A program made the translations under genes and the position numbers. Source: the human T2T-CHM13v2.0 reference genome, Homo sapiens. Taken from it: DNA of 64,000 nt. The number at the start of each line of letters is the position of its first letter. Positions within the stretch are counted from its first letter, which is position 1. Of the stretch, positions 60,711 to 64,000 are shown piece after piece. Location of the stretch: the NCBI RefSeq assembly GCF_009914755.1, contig NC_060940.1, one strand, 5' to 3'. The notes under the pieces are model-generated. The model ran no database searches, had not been told where the DNA came from, and saw only the letters and a list, made by a program, of their open reading frames with translations.

Positions 60711-63406
60711 AACTGGTGTTCAACATTTGAGCAAAGTTTATGGATCAGTGAAAATATGTTCACATAATAAATGTGTGCTTTGTGACAATGCTGAATCATC
60801 TTCAAGGGTGGACTTAGAGAATGCCTAAGTTCCAAACGCATACCAGCCACTGATTTGCAAGAAGACATGGGAGAGGAATAGTGTCAGGAACTGGACATGT
60901 GATACATAAAACTGATCTCATTTTACATGCCAGAAATTGACAATCCTTGCCTTTCTCTTTGTACCGGACTACACTGTTGTTATTTTAAAACATGAATTGA
61001 AAATAAATGATCATTAATTGACCACATTTTTTAGTAATAGAGAAGAATCTTACTCAGGCTGTTAATTATGATTATTTATCCCTTCATGGTTTGTTTTGCT
61101 CTATTCTGTCTGAGAAATGCATCACACTGTGATCTTTATGTTCAGACAGTCTTACAAGGCTTCCCACTGTGCAGTTCTTAGCTCTTCATCACACAATGAA
61201 ACCCAGTCTGTGTGAAGCTAAGATATTACTTCTTCACTATTATGCATAATAAGACTTACAATTTGTTTGTCTATGATTAATTACTTTTCCCAAGAGATGT
61301 AATGCTGAATGTTTTCATATGCTAATATGTGCCAAGCTGCCAGTGCTAACTCAGCTCTCTAATCCTAAAACTCACCTTAAGTGAATGAATATCACTGTTT
61401 ATTGCCAAAGTTGTCATTTGTCTGGAAATGAAATAAATATCTAAGAAGAATTTCAATGATAGAGCTGCTTTTCAGCTGACAGCTCATTCCTTGTTATCAA
61501 AAGGCAAATATATGTCAATGTGTGCATTACTTAAGACTCATGAGATAATTGCATCAATTTGCCTGACAATCTGATAATTTCATTTGCACAGTTGTGAATG
61601 GTGTCAACACTGAATGAATGTACCTTAGACAAAAGGTGTGAAACACAGTTGGAGAAAAAAGGGCTTCTATTGAAGTGTCTTCTGCCAGATGAAATCCTAG
61701 ATAGTTGCTTTCTTCTTCAAAAGTGTGTGTCCTTGACTCAAATTTGATCTTGAATTTATTACCAAAAAAGAGAACAGATTCAACATTCCAGGTGGCCTAA
61801 GAAACATGTAGGTTTCTAATCATTTCTTTTAATTCAAAATTTTATTTGTTGATATATTTGTGAAAGTCCATATAGTGCACAGGTATATACTTGGAGCAAG
61901 CTGTGTGATGGATATTGGAGAAACATATATTTTAGCAATAGATCCTTCTCATCTCAAATCTCCCTAAGTTTTATGGTGTTAAGTAAGTTTTGTTGCTGTT
62001 TTCTTAATTTCTCTAATTACAGTTTTTTTTAAATTATCTAAGTGGGTATAATCCTACCCACTGCTAAGGAATTTTGTGGAGATTAAATGTGTTAATAAAC
62101 AAAATGTGTTTATAAATAAAATGTGTTAATAAATGAAACAATTCTATTGTAATCAGCTCAGGTTAAACACTTAGAATAGTTTAATTGTTATTATTAACAC
62201 AACTACATGTGCATTTAATCAAGTTCTTATATTTTTTAAGCCTCAATGTCTTTATCAAATAGATCCAAGAATAAATCATTTGTAATGTTAATACGTTTGA
62301 AGTGTTGTTGCGATGGTCACTTAAGAAACATAAATATCTTTGCCTAGTGTATAGCACAAAGATGCCTTTAGGGAAAAAAAAGTGCTTTCTTTATTGTATG
62401 CAATCAACAAGTAAAATATTAAAATATTATATATATATATTTTCATATGGTGGCATTGACAGGCTTCAAAATTAACTGCAGTGTATTTCTATTTTATTAT
62501 TCACCTGAGCTGGTGCTAGCAGCAGATTCTGCCTGGAGTAATTGTTCAGATCAGTGGTCTATGGCCAAGGACAGAAGAAATGAGACTTTTAATTAATAGA
62601 GTGGAAACCAGAGAGATATAATAGTTGGGGCATCTGCTAAACTATAAATCTCTAAACAGAAATGACTCTGTTTGATTGCAACTCAATATTTAGAAATTAT
62701 AAGATGCAACATGGAGTTCATCTCAAATAAAGAGTTCTTATTTAACTTAGAATGTAAACCTACAGTGCATTAATGCATGTCCAATTGAATTTTATTGTGA
62801 TAGAATAAAAAAGGAGGCTTAACATATTTTATTAAATGCATGCATTTGCCATCAAAATATCAACTAAAATGATAGCAGATGACTCATTTTTTTAAAAAAA
62901 ATTAATACACCTAAGTACTAGAAGAATGAGAAAAGATATTTGTACGTGAATAGTTCAGCACATACTTAAAATATTTATAGCAGGTAAATCATTGTTAATT
63001 TTCTTAACAGAAAGTAGAGAATTAAAAATTAAAAAGTGTAATGCTGTAAGAAAAAAATAAGTGGATTCACCCAGAATTAGCCGGCTCAGAAATTGGAGGC
63101 AGGAATATGTGATGTTTAAAAGATACATGAACAATAGTCAGACTCCAACTTCCACTGTTCCTTCAAAACCCATGTATGCCACGTTTCTGCTCAGGAGAAA
63201 CTGAACCAGAGATGGTCTGGATGCAAGGACCTTGAGGCACAACAGAAGATCTGGGAGAAACATAATCATAAATGGAAGGAGTGCTTAAGTGCACTTCTAT
63301 TCACTGAAATGTGAACGTCATCTTACTCAAAATCTATCCCTGCTATTGAGCTCCCAGGATTCTGGCAGCCATATTTACAGAGCCCATTTTGGAAACTTGG
63401 AGAAGG

Positions 63407-63407
<1 letters not shown>

Positions 63408-63441
<34 letters not shown>

Positions 63442-63442
63442 T
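63408..63442. repeat. (TAT)n microsatellite
   Basis: Direct inspection. Confidence 0.95.
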
Positions 63443-63874
63443 ATTCTTTCAGAAATCAAATGCCTCTAGGGAAATATCTTTTAGTTTTCCCTCTTCACCC
63501 TCCATTGAGTTCTACCAGTTGACAATAGCAACTGTTGAACCAGAGCGCTCCAGAACACACTCGGTGATTTTTAAATATGAACAGTGATCCAAGTATCACC
63601 AGACATTAGAGGAGGGTCTCTATTATAAAGCTAGAACCCAAAACAAATGAATGGGAAGGAAAAGAATAGGAAATGCATATAGTCTTTGGAGAGGACAATC
63701 AAAACCTTACATCAACAGGAATATGTAATATTTTTAGAGAAAGTAAAAAAAAAAAGTTTCAACCAAGAAACAAAAGGAAGAGGCTGTATAAAATAAATAG
63801 GAAATACAAAATATTTCTAGGAAATTCAAAATACGATAGCTTAAATTAATAAAAAATTTAAAACCTATACATGT

Positions 63875-64000
63875 TGTAAACCAAAAGTAAAATGGTAAGC
63901 CCTCAGCCATCTGAATGGACCTTCTCCCCTGGACAAGAACATTCCAAAGTCAGTTCAGGACATAATGGGAAGGGGGAGCCAGACATGCCTCATTATATCC
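63875..64000 (+). mobile_element. ERV1 LTR 5' end (MER4B/D-like), cut by the window
   Basis: 'tgtaaaccaaaagtaaaa...ccatctgaatggacc...gacatgcctcattata'. Confidence 0.85.

Noticed and set aside
62085-62135. Three ~17-bp tandem copies (aaaatgtgttaataaa)
   Set aside because: Slippage duplication within a MIR-like remnant; no spacers, not CRISPR-like.

Overview
Primate (human-like), AT-rich, CpG-poor, repeat-dense non-coding DNA (intergenic or deep intronic). I find no intact protein-coding exon, RNA gene, CpG island or prokaryotic-type system; the supplied ORFs are almost all artefacts of Alu, L1, MaLR or microsatellite sequence. The only host-gene-derived sequence is a 5'-truncated, multiply disabled UBE2F (NEDD8 E2) processed pseudogene (~24350-25066, minus) inserted into an old L1. 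Other contents: two LTR-int-LTR MaLR proviruses (MST-type ~1-2537, MLT1A-type 10561-12979), several solo MaLR/ERV1 LTRs, about 19 Alus plus a FAM monomer, stacked L1M fragments, Tigger DNA transposons and microsatellites. The most unusual observations are mechanistic scars: an ERV1 (MER4A-like) LTR fragment that looks L1-retrotransposed (poly-A plus TSD), an AluY with a 41-bp target-site duplication, an 84-bp fold-back inverted duplication in an L1, and two small fold-back templated insertions. I do not find support for a novel biological system. Repeat subfamily names are from recalled consensus motifs and need Dfam/RepeatMasker confirmation; boundaries are approximate.
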